Positions 46,947-59,830 are shown, numbered from the whole stretch's first letter. The stretch: DNA of 59,984 bases, filler included, from Hausera hauseri (GCA_046269625.1; 10 parts of 10 records of this genome joined end to end with filler, not necessarily neighbours in it); one strand, 5' to 3'. Notes: generated by a model not told the origin, from the letters alone. Numbers and translations: made by a program.

Positions 46947-47374
46947 TTATTCTTTATAGTTTTAACTTTACCACGAGGGGGAGGGTGATGTGGTGGCCGC
47001 GTCGATCGTCGCCCTCCGGCCTATTCGGTTGGGCACGGCCGGACTTCCGCTGCCGGCGCGCCGGGCGCATAGGCGGGCCCCGATTTTTTACCTCGAAAGA
47101 AAATGAATTACAGCAGAATTTGATAAATGAAGCACTGAAAAAAATTGACAAAAAATAGAAAAAATCCGCTTGAAAGTAATGATGAAATCAAAATAAATGC
47201 ATCTATAAATCGATTTTATCATCCATTTTAATTTTTAAGTTATATCAGTTTATACATTTTCACTTAGAAATTTAATTCTGGTTCTCGTATTCAATTTCAG
47301 GAAAAAAATTGTAGATTAATCTAATTCTGCTCCTACGGATATTTTTACTCAATAAATAACAAATTGGTGTCAGA
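46947..47374 (-). repeat. Right arm of a ~425-bp inverted repeat
   Basis: Ends ...caataaataacaaattggtgtcaga, the reverse complement of tctgacaccaatttgttatttattg at 46019. Confidence 0.95.
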
Positions 47375-47441
47375 TCTACTTGCAGACTTCTTTTGAATTG
47401 TACGAATTTTCATTTCAACTTCAACATTTAAATGAATATAA

Positions 47442-50340
47442 ATGACTAAATTTAAAGATATTGGTTTTGAAATAATTTATCCAAAAGGATGTAAAGAATT
47501 GTCCGAATGATTAAAAGAAGAAGAATTGAAAAGAAGACACAATGATTTAATTCGAACATTAGATGCCCTTAGTAACGAAAATCCCTTGAACCAGGATTCT
47601 TTACTGTATGGTGGTACAATTGATAGTGAAAACAATCTGCTGATGAACAATACAAAGGACTCCTCTATCATTTATGTAATGAACAGTTTCTGTATCAGAG
47701 CGACTCTGAAGTTCAACTTCGAGTAGGTAATTGTATTTGTTTTTAGAAAATATGTACTGCTGAGAAACTATTTAATTTATTTACTGAACCTCAGGTTTTA
47801 TTAAGGCAGTTTTAAATTTCTTGTTGAAATGTCTAAATCATTTCGTCTCAATAAAGTCTGTTCATGACAAACATTACATCAATTTACATAAGATTTTTTC
47901 GATTTGTTGTCAAACGGACATATTTAACCTACATGTAAATCTTGATTCATCCGATGGCGTGTTAGCCGACGTTGTTCGTGTTTTTTAAAACATCGTTAGA
48001 AAATTTTCCCAATGGGGCATTGATAAACCATCAAACGATATAGCGCATGACTTTATTATTCATTTACTTGATCAAAGAGATGATATTATACACAAAAAAT
48101 TGCTATCGTTTATACTTAATTGTCTTGCTGACAGAAGTGCATCGAAAGTTCAAAAAACGTGTACTGAAATTTTATCTCGTTGCTACTATAAATTGGAAGA
48201 CCAAATTCTAATGTTGTTTCAAGGTTATCTGATTAAAAACGTTTTGGATGACGATGAGTCCGATTATTCTGAATGTAATAATGACAATGCGAATGATGAT
48301 GATGACGACCTTTGTTCACTTGACTCATATAAATTGAAACATACTCGTCAAAAAAGAAATGAATCGCAAAAACAAAAGAAAGCCAAAATTTTAAAAAATA
48401 CTCTGGATAACTGCTTAGAGTATTCATGCGATCATACATTTCAGTTGATATTTGAAATGTTAAAAATCAAGGAATCCATAGTCGGGCCGTTGCTTCCGTT
48501 GATCGGTGACAAATTAACTTCAACCTATGTTACTGATCGCAAACGGACGTGTCGTTTGCTCGGAAAATTATTTATCCAATCGAAACAAGTTTTCACAAAC
48601 AACCAGGCATCGTTATGGGAATCATTTCTCGGCCGGTTTTCCGACATTGAAACCGATGTCCGTGAAATCTGTGTTCGAATAGCATGTGATCTGTTGAAAA
48701 TCATCGTATCAGGCAGTACGAATATCGGCTGTTTGCTGATACCAAATTTCCAAGACGATTTAGTGAAAGCCCTTTGTAAAAGATCACACGATCAAGACGA
48801 GGGTATCAAATTGCATGTCATCGTGACCACTTTCCAAATTTTCAACTCCAATTCTCATTTTGTCAAGAGCAATGAATTGAATTTCATCCATGAAACTCTT
48901 TTCCGACTGCTCATTGATCGATCGCGTGATCGTGTCATATCTATCAGAACTGAAGCGAACATGTCCCTAGCTAAACTCTATCGAAAATTGATCGGTTCGG
49001 TTGAATCCATGTCCGGTGATGCACCGGATTTATCGCTTGGGCTTCGATACTTTAACAAATGACAGCTTGATCGTATTCAATTGTTGATCGGTACAGTAAT
49101 GCGGCTTGATTTTCGATCGGAAGTCGATGACAAAGTCATTATGGAACGGTTATTCAATACAAGTTTCGTGCCATATGGAACGTCATTAGGAAATCGAATG
49201 AAAGCCTTGGTGCAGTGGTTTACACTATGCGACGATGTGTGCATTAAAGCTATTCATGATGTTCAAAAACCAAGTCGTAATAATGAATTTACTGCGTGAA
49301 CCAGCCCAATTATTGAAGGAGGCATCTTCATCAAAGAAAGCACTACCCAACGCACTCACTATTAAACTGCGAGAAAAAACCAAACGCATATCAGAATTTT
49401 TGCCCAACAAAGATAAAATCGAGAATCTGATGAATTTTTGGACTATTACGTAGCGACCAAAAACTTCTATCCCAATTGGATACATTTGTCGATTCAAATT
49501 CCAGCCGACTCGTGGTGGTCAAAATAATTGCTGAGGTCAAAAAGACCATTTCTGGTCATCTGGTAAAATTGAACTTTGATGCTACTAAAAATAAAAGTAT
49601 CATACAAACGTCGAAATGCTTATTGGAACTAGCTGCACCTGTTGTTATTGACGCTGAAATCGGTGTGGAACTTATTTCTCATTTCGTTTCCGCCAAAGAG
49701 GCAGCAGAAACGTCATCAGAACTGCAGGAACATTTAATTTCAATTCCGAGAGCGTTGACTATTTTACACGGTCTGCCGATTCTTTACCGAAACTATATGC
49801 CCATTCGTGACGTGTACGAGTACGTACTGTCTGTGGTTAATCAAGTGCGTATGATTGCTGCTGATGATGATCAGCTTACAGAGAACCATGATGAGAAGTA
49901 TCAATTTTTGATAGAAGTTGAAGAATTGTATTTGCTGATATTTGGCAAATTATACGGTGATCTACCAGTTGAAAGTACTGATCACGATGATAACATTGAT
50001 TGTAAAGCACAAGACCCTAATCTGTTTTCTGAAAGAGTCCAGATGGTGGTGGAAGATACGATGAGAGTTGTGCCGTATTTTGCATCTTGTTGTCTCAAAG
50101 GAACGCAGTATCACTGGTAGCAGATAAGACCATTTTTATGATGTCAAAGGGGCCGTTATAAACAAGGCGACACCCAAAACCTTCCACGATTACACCGCAA
50201 TTGCCATTGGTCGATTAGGTTTCGCCTAACCCGATGATATTGCTCCCCATTTGAATTTGTTCATTTGCAACTGGTACATCCTCTTCCGCAATATCCGCGA
50301 TAACGATGTTTTTCTCAGTTTCAACTAACAGATGCATATA
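47442..50340 (+). pseudogene. PDS5: Sister chromatid cohesion protein PDS5, N-terminal HEAT region, intronless, with stops and frameshifts
   Basis: IYPKGCKELSE*LKEEELKRR; PLLPLIGDKL..DRKRTCRLLGKLF..LWESFLGRFSDIETDVREICV; RSHDQDEGIK; DRSRDRVISIRTEANMSLAKLY; LLELAAPVVID. Confidence 0.88.
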
Positions 50341-50649
50341 AAGGTAATCCAATAGTTGTTGCAATATATATTAAACGGTATATGGACGCTCTAATGACAT
50401 TCGCCTATACAAATTATTTAGTTTGTCTTCCACTGTTCCAGTCATTTGCAAACATGCCTGGTGAAACCCAGCAACGCGTCTTTAGAACCACAGACTACAA
50501 CGAACAGCCAGAGAGATCATCGGCCACCCTGCAATTTGGTGCCCGCCCCGCCGAGGCGGAAGTCCCCACCGCCAACCCTGCGCCGGTCGGTCGGACGGCG
50601 CCTTCGGTGTCGGCCCCACATCACGCTTTCAGGCGCACCACTCCTTCCC

Positions 50650-51388
50650 CTTCTATTTTTTTCAACAAGACATATTTACATCCTCACTACACCACATCTA
50701 CAAATTCCCACCCTTCGGACCTCCATGTCTTTCCTATTAATTCTTCTGATTTTTATCTCACCCGTAACGGCGCTATGATATCTCTCAACGGACCCCTACC
50801 ATTTTTCTCAAGCCACGTTTGCCTGCACATACATCTCCGTATCCGTGGTGGCATGATCTCTTCGCCAACTATTATCACCATGAATAAAACCACCGCAAAA
50901 CCAATACCTGTTATAGTACTCCCAAAATGCACTCCTACATTTGCTGGCAGCCTCTCACCTATTACCTCTTCCGCTCCTTTCCCCAATTGCACCGACTTCT
51001 TCATCGACAACCAAAGCTCCAGCAAAACATGGTCGCAATTCCACCAACTTTGGCTGCAAGCAAATAACATCACCGACTCTTTAACTGGAGCCCATAACCT
51101 TCTTTTCCTACTGCCTAATAATATCAAAACCCGCAGCCACAACATTGAAATCTTTGAACTTCCTGATCTACATACCCAACTTTCTAACGCAGTCCTTAAA
51201 ATCACCGAGCCTTCCCTGGACATGATCATATAGCGTTTCTTCCACGACAACGTTATAGGCACCCAACGGCCATCAGAATTCTTACGCACCTCCTTAGCAC
51301 ACCTACATACTCTCGGCGTCACTAAAGAGCACAACCCAGAACTACTGCGCCACTATTTTCTTAATGCGCTACCTATCCAAATCCGGGC
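50650..51388 (+). mobile_element. CsRn1-clade gypsy gag with a putative N-terminal ubiquitin-like domain, copy 2, truncated by the contig end
   Basis: DFYLTRNG..HVCLHIHLRIRGG|MISSP (GG at 50847-50852), then FFIDNQSSSKTWSQFHQLWLQANNITDSL..GTQRPSEFLRTS..ELLRHYFLNALPIQIR, homologous to 2125-2757. Confidence 0.82.
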
Positions 51389-51488
51389 NNNNNNNNNNNN
51401 NNNNNNNNNNNNNNNNNNNNNNNNNNNNNNNNTTAATTAATTAANNNNNNNNNNNNNNNNNNNNNNNNNNNNNNNNNNNNNNNNNNNN
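51389..51488. other. Artificial contig spacer
   Basis: Same structure. Confidence 0.98.
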
Positions 51489-51533
51489 TCGATGTCAGTA
51501 CCCAGAGTGATCCGGAGGACCGAATCCTTTTTC

Positions 51534-51560
51534 AAAAGGGGGAGAAATGTTAGGATTGAT
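51534..51560 (+). mobile_element. Polypurine tract and start of a 3' LTR
   Basis: gaggaccgaatcctttttc-AAAAGGGGGAGAAA followed directly by TGTTAGG (51548); LTR end not located. Confidence 0.55.
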
Positions 51561-52037
51561 TATCCCGATTGGATCCTGATTGGCAACCCCTTAAACACCT
51601 TAAACATTTGACAGATATTTTTGATCGAAAACAGAACAGTTAAAGATTATGAAACATTTGACAGAGGCAATATTTAATTGACAATTGATTCCCAGATTCG
51701 GAAACAATTTGACATCAACATTTGCAATACAAACAAATTTTCTTTGAATTTTGTAAATAAAATTTTCTTTTTCTTATGTTGTTTTGTAAAACCCACTGAT
51801 GGGTATCTATTATTATGACTGACCTGTGTAATTACGTTGTTAACCCTTTCGACAGTCATTTGTAAAAAATGAATTTAAAAATGAATTTAAAATAAATTGC
51901 ATTTTGCATTAACAAGTAGCATGTACAGTGAAAACAAGAAAGTCCAAAATGAAAATTAATCAGAAGTCTATTTTTATAAAATTAGTCATTCGAATATTTG
52001 ACGTCAAACGACGGATTATTATTATTATGGAATTAGT

Positions 52038-52180
52038 CATGAAATGATGAATTGTAAGGACTAAATGTAAATATTCGTCATCATATGATTGCACTAGAAG
52101 AAAATGTTTATCGACATGAAATAATAAATTGTAAGAATTAAATTTAAATATTCGTCATCATATGATGACGTCAAATGAAA
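52038..52180. repeat. ~75-bp imperfect direct repeat, possibly within the LTR
   Basis: catgaaat..aattgtaag..aaatattcgtcatcatatgat occurs twice. Confidence 0.7.
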
Positions 52181-55100
52181 AATTAAATTTAGAAAATTGC
52201 ACTAGAATGAAATGTATATATACCCACACGAAAAACTTAACATTAACATTAGAAAACAAATTTTATTCCCGATAAAGTATCGTGTCAACAATAGAAACCT
52301 TCGATTTGGTCGTAAGTAAGTTGGCTACAGATAAATTAACGATTAAAGGAATAGACATTCAGAAAGATTCAATTATATTTCCGATCGTAGAAAGCATACA
52401 GTGGTAAAGAAAATACATTCTGCCAAACCTGAAGATTGAAATACCGAGTATAAAACCATGACCGATAATCATGCAGTTAATTCCCATGAAGCATCAGAAC
52501 TAGGTAAATACTTAGTAGTGATTGATCACCGATAATGAAGGAAAATTTTATATATATTCATAAACTTTATTTAATTATTATAAATACTGTCGACCTTATT
52601 CTAATTGACTGTACGATTTGTAATTTAATAAATTTGTTTGAAAATAAAATTCGCAAGGTGGTAGTGAGATACTCTATATTAATGAGCTGGGAGAAGTGGC
52701 CACACAAAGAATGAGGTGGAACGACGGACATGGGAATTCCGAGAATGAATGGAGCTGCTTCGGGGAACAGTCAGACTACCCTATCGATTGCAGAGTTCGT
52801 GTCGGACACATCTAATCGGAACAGCACTGGTACGTCAGCAAGATCTTTATGTGTCTTGGCTGGTGGATGTCCACATAACTTCCAATGTTACAAAAATAAA
52901 TAACAATGAAGTAATGTCTACAGGAATCTCTTCAAGGAGATAACGTTTGCCATTAGTTATTATTGGAATGAATGGTTTAGATTTCTGGGTGGTTTTGATC
53001 GTCTAATTATGGTTATAAATTATTAGCGTTTATTTGAGTATGCAATAACTAGTGTATCCTATCTTTGCAAGGTACCCTTATAACGGATAATCTATTAGCA
53101 GATGATGTATACTAGGTCCGCGTAGTAGATGTTGAATAATGTATGGATAAAATTTTGAAATTACGCGATGATGTTTGAGATTGACAGGAGAAGGAATGGT
53201 AAAAGGAAAGTGATCAGATTATTCTGTTCTTAACGATTACAATTGGAGGAAAGAGTCCGGATCAATGCTTTACGGTTGGAGACGGATTATAGGAGAGGGA
53301 GATAACAACCAATATTTTACCTATTTTAACATAATTTGTTGATAAGTGTGATAGTTATAATATTGAGATTATGGCGAATATTCTGGAATGGTGTAATAAA
53401 TTTAGTAGGGTGTTGCAGACAAATGCGAGTGTTTGAGTAGTGTATAATGTTGGGTACCTTGGATTTTGAGTGGATTCATTGGTTATTAGTAATCCTATTT
53501 TGATTTATGAATATAGTCCATTGATATTGATACTTGTTACTGGGATTACATAATATACTTTGAATTTTATATTTATAGAAACGAATATAATTTGCTATCA
53601 TCGAATACCAGATGGATCGGAATGCTATCTTGGTTTATGAACATTTAAGGCCTTATATGTGCACCGGATTTTATTCTCTAAATGTTCTCTCGTAAGATAA
53701 GGGTATTTTTAGTAAAATGATGGCACTAGACTTATGATTGTTATGCTAGTATATGCGCAGATAACACCCACTCTTAATATTGGATAATCAAACAGGACCA
53801 AACTTCTTAAAGTCTATGCTAAGCGTGAAAATATAATGTCATATAAATCCGGGGTTTTGACCGATAATATTGAAGATATGATGAATGGTTTTGATATATA
53901 ATCGAACAACAATTATTAATTGACTGAACTGAAGCCTTGAAAATGGATACCCCAGCATCATTGGTCATCGATAACCTATCCTTTATCTCGTCTTAATATA
54001 AAATGGTAAAGTGTTCTCTGATTATCATTAACCTACTTGGATTATTACAAGTGACGAGCTAGACTATCAGTCGTTGCATGAGTTGATTGCTGGCGAAATA
54101 CCGGTGAGTGTGTGAGGATCGGCGGGGTTGATTGGACATAGTATTAGATAGATCCGACTTATAAAGAGACCATATTACTAAGAAGATTCATTGAAAGATG
54201 ATGTTAAAGGAAAATTTGATTACAATATGATTTTGAAGGATACTTATAAGTATTGCAAATAAATAAACAATAGGTGCTGGATGGTTATCTCCATCAAACC
54301 GCCAGGACTCAACCTTCAGGTAAATACGGCCTAGATTTATATGTTGGTGGAATTATAATCCGTTATAAAGGGAGCAAAATGGAACTGACTAGTAGTTGTT
54401 TAGTTACCGAGTACAATTACATATATCAGGACATGTATAACTTCATCATATAGATTCTGAGTCAGCATTTGGTTTTATTAATTCATGTATTACCCGATAC
54501 CCAACAATAGTACATCAGGTACTCTACCCGCCAGTATATGTGCCAAATTGATATTATTGATTTTCATCTTATAACGGAAAGGCCAATACGTATTTGCCGT
54601 CGGTTGGCAATTATTCGAAAACCAATCAATATATTTAAATTCTAACTTCATATTCACATAGTGCATCATATGTGCTTTCGATTTTATCCGGCGCCATCTT
54701 CTAATCATCAATATTGGAATTATCGGAAATCCCATATTTTTGATTTTTCACACTTTCACATGTGCTGTGCACCTGCACTGTGTACGAATCGATGTGCACT
54801 AATATGCACTGTCGATTAGCACTTTGTCCCGATCGACCAATTGCGCAATGTGCAACGATCGATTTGTAAAATGTGCAAAAATGTGCATATCAGCGGTGCC
54901 TAGCGGCATCGTCGCCTAGCTCACTAGTGCACCATGTGCACTATCGATTGACACATGGGCAAAATTGATTTATCGATTATCCCGACCCCTAGGAGGAGAG
55001 GGTGAGAGCGAACGCCCAATTTCTGCCTACTCACAAGTTCGTCTGTTTTCCGTTTTTTTCTGCTTTTTACGGTTTTTGGTTGCTTTTTACAACTTTGTGA

Positions 55101-55546
55101 AATTTTTACTGACAAATCCTACCAGTGGTATTTATTTTCTTAGCGGATATCTTAGCCATTTTGTACAAGGATACAATCAAAAATATATTCTAATACCCAT
55201 TCAAGTTTATTTTTTTATTTCAACACCTTTCGAAAAGATTCAATAAAAATCCCCTTCTTGGACATTATCAGATGATGCAGGGATGTTTTCCACTGTTTTC
55301 GGGGTCGACTGAAACTCCCACAAAGCTCTGGTAATATTTAATCCTATACTGCCTTAAATTATACCAGATAAAAACGTGATGACATTGAAATATCACAACT
55401 ATGACTATGTAAATATTGATGTATAAGTATTAAATCCCAGTATGTCTTCTTGTTTTGATCATGTTAAAGCCCCTGATGAGTATCCTCACCATTTCAGAAG
55501 AATTGTAAATTGTTGTTGGCCAAGGTGGCGAACTAAATAATTAAAT

Positions 55547-55646
55547 NNNNNNNNNNNNNNNNNNNNNNNNNNNNNNNNNNNNNNNNNNNNTTAATTAATT
55601 AANNNNNNNNNNNNNNNNNNNNNNNNNNNNNNNNNNNNNNNNNNNN
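55547..55646. other. Artificial contig spacer
   Basis: Same structure. Confidence 0.98.
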
Positions 55647-55699
55647 TTTGCTAAATTAATTATTTATTCAGTTGTCAACTTTATCAAATGCTCCCCAAC

Positions 55700-58600
55700 A
55701 GAACATTGAAAAATGTGAAATATACACATTGTATATTAAATGGTTCACATGATGCCCAGAAATGCCATGAAAATATGAGAAATATTATGGTCAGATCTGG
55801 AACATAGAAAAATATTTTATATGCCCAAATGTGAAACTGTCAGCGCAGGAGAATAATGTAAGTTTTATGAATTTCATAAAACCCACTTTTGCGATTTCAT
55901 GGCTAAGTCCATAAAGGCCGTATTTAAGACAGGCATTTTTCCCATTATGCCTTCAACATCTGCACAGATGGGAAGTATTGTTCCAGTTATATCAACACTA
56001 TCTTCACAGACGGGAGGCATTGTTCCGGTTATGCCTTGTACATCTGCAGCGCTACCAGTCTCCGCAGCATCAACCTCGGCACAGCGTCCTGGATCCCCGG
56101 CGCAGCATAATGGATCCTCAGCGCAGCGTAAACGAGGCGCAGCGACAACGAATGATGTATCACGAAAAGTCAACGGCAGCGAGCAGTTGATGTCGCTGTA
56201 CTGAAGAGCAAAGTGCGGCGATACTCCATAACCGCAGTGGAGCAGACATCGCTCCACGAATTTCTGGAATATTCAAAGGAGGAGTTAGCTGGAATTCTTC
56301 AGGACAACTTGTCGAAGCTGAAGGCCCTTAAGGTGAACTTCAAATTGGAAGCCATCTTTACCAGTGTCGAAAGAGGGCTATCTAGTAGAGCCTTCAAGAC
56401 AAAGAACAGGCCTCTTGAAACCCTCTAACATTAAAGATTTCATTATTGAGGACTATGCAAGGCTCATCCGCGAAGGCGAAGAAAGCCAGGACAAGAAGAT
56501 CGGCTGGACTCTAGGAGCAACAAAGGGGTTATTTGTGTATCTACATAAGTATTCTGCCATGAGAGGCAGCTCCTACATACCGCTTCCTGAATGGATAGTT
56601 ACGAAAAAGGCATGCATCAATATCCATAATGAGGACAGAATGTGTTTCATGTATGCTATTTTGTCAAAACTGGTCCAGGATCAACATAATGCTTCCCGAG
56701 TTTGGATATATGACAAAGTGCAGCATACATAGGACTTCAGCTGTATTTCATTCCCACCGAGCCTAGATGAAGTCGCGAAATTTGAAAGCGTCAACATCTC
56801 CATCAACATTTTTGGATTGAAGGAGGACAAATTTTATCCATTACATGTGCGCAAGGAGGAATTGGAGGATCATTGGGATTTGCTCCTGCTAGATGATGGA
56901 GAAACGAAGCATTTTATCTGGATCAAGAACTTTGAGCGCCTTGTAGAATCCCAAATATCCAAGCATAAGTCAAGGTTGGAAATCTGCAAACGATGTCTAT
57001 CCCACTTCGGTTGTGACATGGCCGCGGAGAAGCTCGAGGAGCATAAGACCTATTGCAATACAAACTATTTTATCCGAGCAGAATTCCTCAAGGAGGAATA
57101 CCTGAAATTCAAAGAGTTTGAAAAGATGTTGAAGATGCCGATTGTCATATTGTGACTTTGAGGCCATCCTCAGACCAGTTCTCAACTGCACTCCGAATCC
57201 GCAGCAAAGCAGCGCGACAGCTTACCAATATCATGAGCTGTCATCATACTGCATGCATGCATTAGGAATGGACAAGGAGCCATTCCTGTACCAGGGTTCA
57301 GATGCAGCACATCATTTCATGAAGCGCTAGGAGGAAATTGCACATAAGATCGAAAATATGCAGCAGCATTGTAAGAATACTATGAAAATGTCGCAAAAGG
57401 AGAAATGTGAATGGGAAAATGCAACACAGTGTTACTTGTGTGAAAAAGCCTTCACATTAGACAATCACAAAGTCCGAGATCATTATCATACAACAGGCAT
57501 GTATCGATGCGCAGCGTGCAATGATTGCAACGTAGGCTGCAAAACATGCACATATATCCCTGTGGTATTCCACAACCTCAGCGGCAATGATTCGCATTTT
57601 ACAGTTCGGCAATTGGGGGCTATTGAAGGAAACATCGATGTGATCCCAAACAGTGAGGAGAAATATGCCACATTCACGAAACATGCGGGGGAGAATCCGG
57701 CTTCGTTTCATAGACATCTTCCGCTTTATGAGTTCATCCCTTGACAGCCTGGTCAAGAATCTTCCAGCTGATGAGCTGAAGGAAACGAAGCGGTTCTTCC
57801 CGGCAACATTTGACTTAGTCAAAAGGAAAGGAGTATTCCCCTATGACTACATAACGTCATGGAGAACTATTGGCGAAACGGAATTGCCTGCTAAGAAGGA
57901 TTTTTACAGTAGGCTTTCAGACACGAATATCAGCGATTCGGACTATGAGCATGTTCAATATGTCTGGAAAGCATTTAAATGTACGATAATAGGGAATATA
58001 GTGATATCAATCTCCTCACAGATGTGCTGCTGCTGACGGATGCATTTGAAAGCTTCCGGGATGTCACACTTAAGAGCTACAAATTGGATCCAGCTCATTT
58101 TTTTCACAGCTCCGGGAATGAGCTGGGCAGCGATGCTACGCGATACAGGCATACGGCTCCAGATCTTGAAGGACTATAATATGATCCTAATGATCAAGCG
58201 AGGTATTCGGGGAAGAATCTGCCAGGCCATTCACAGGTATAGTGAGCTAAACAATAAATACATGACAGAATATGATACATTCAAGCAATCATCATATATA
58301 ACATACCTGGATGCAAATAAGTTATATAGATGGGCAATGAGTGCCCCATTGCCCTATGACAATTTTAAATGGGTGAAGCATCCCGGAGCTCTTACTACAA
58401 GATACGGACCCCAATGGAGATACGGGATACATATTGGAAGTGGACGTAGAATATCCCCATAGCAGCCATTCAAGGCATGAACAACTGCTTTTTCTCCCGG
58501 AGAGCAAGCAACCACCAAATAGGAAACACAAGAAGTTGCTTTGGCACTTGGATGATCGGGGGAGGTATGTAGCCGACGACAAATCTCCAGCAGGCTATGA

Positions 58601-59491
58601 TGAATGGTGTCAAAGTCACAAGGATCCATCGTGCTATATCATTTAACCAGTCTATGTGGTTGCAGCCCTACAGACGTCAACACGCAGCTGAGGGCCAGTG
58701 CCAAAAATGACTTCGAAAATGACCAATTCAAGTTGTATAACAACTCGGTCTGTGGCAAGCCGATGGATAACATCCGCAACAGGATAAATATTGAGTTGGT
58801 GTGTGACTGGAAGCGGGCAAAGAAACTCATTGCCAAGTCCAACTTCCATTCCAGCACAATATATACATAAAACCTGGTGAGCATACATATGCTTAAGATA
58901 TCCCTGGAGTTTAACAAGCCGATCTATGTCGGGATATCAATCCCGGATTTGTCAAAGACCCTGATATATGATTTTCATTACAACATCATGGTCCCCACAT
59001 TCGAGTCCATGCAGCTGATGTATATGGATACTGATAGTTTCATCTATCAGGTCCATACGGAGGACATTTATGAAGACTTTTCTAAGTTGGCTCTGCATAT
59101 GGATACATCGGATTATCCAAAGGATTATCCCAAAGTATTCAATTATCAACAACAGGGTCCTTGGGAAATTCAAAAATGAGGTGAATGGGGCAATCATCGC
59201 GAGATTTGTGGCTCTTAGGTCCAAAATGTATACGATTGATGTATGTGGTCAAGTAAAGAAGCGGCCTAAAGGGGTTCACAGGGCGACCTTAGCCAAGAAG
59301 ATTGGCTTCAATGACTATGTGAGAGTTTTGCACTAGCAAACTCATTATATCAGAGATGCGAAGGATCCAGTCTAGGGCTCATACCATTGAGACAGTAACA
59401 TTACAGAAAAGCCTAGATTGGATGGATGACAAATGCAGATCCTGGGTGACGGAATAAGCACACTACCTTACGGGAATGTTACATTAATGTA
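55700..59491 (+). pseudogene. Protein-primed family B DNA polymerase (Polinton/adintovirus-like), copy B, frameshifted
   Basis: Collinear paralog of copy A: LKVNFKLEA, RGSSYIPLP, YCDFEA, CYLC..VRDHYH..CNDCN, KGVFPYDY, YLDANKLY, KLYNNSVCGK, YMDTDSF, LGKFKNE, LPYG. Confidence 0.92.
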
Positions 59492-59675
59492 AATATCTTT
59501 GTTATGACGTGCTGTATTTTTTGTATTAATAAACCTTATAAAAATATCGTGTTGTTTTCTTGATCAAGTAATGTGGGATATAGGATAAAGCCAAGTAAAT
59601 AAATCAAAAATTTGAAATTCAAATAAAAAATCAATGCAGTGTAATTTACTTGTATTAACCCGTCATTATTTCTAA

Positions 59676-59830
59676 ATGGCAAAAACGTGTCCAATTTGTC
59701 TGGAGGAGATGATAGAAAAGACGATGCGTATGGCTACTTGCAACACACTTTTTGTGTAGGATGTCTTCAGAAATAGCTGTGTCGTAAAATGTCATGCCCA
59801 ATATGCAGGACATATTGCAATTATGTCGTT
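59676..59830 (+). pseudogene. C3HC4 RING finger pseudogene downstream of PolB copy B (not in the ORF track)
   Basis: MAKTCPICLEEMIEKTMRMATC(frameshift)HTFCVGCLQK*LCRKMSCPICRT; the conserved Trp codon is TAG. Confidence 0.8.

Noticed and set aside
46302-47151. Twin ORFs GPPMR.ARRQRKSGRAQPN on opposite strands, and the Leu/His/Phe-rich ORF 46400-46933
   Set aside because: They are by-products of the GC-rich inverted repeat and the purine-skewed spacer; there is no sign of coding constraint
46019-47374. Inverted repeat as an amplification or foldback chimera artefact
   Set aside because: The arms differ by many substitutions and indels, whereas chimeric foldbacks should be nearly identical; long reads are still needed to exclude it fully
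1-50340. Alternative genetic code (stop readthrough) to explain in-frame stops in SND1, PDS5, glycoprotein and pol
   Set aside because: All three stop types occur along with frameshifts, and the 4,106-codon ORF on the PDS5 contig has no internal stops; ordinary pseudogenisation fits better
4425-55646. Regularly recurring TTAATTAATTAA palindrome as a biological repeat or CRISPR-like array
   Set aside because: It is always centred in 88 N and is an artificial six-frame-stop linker
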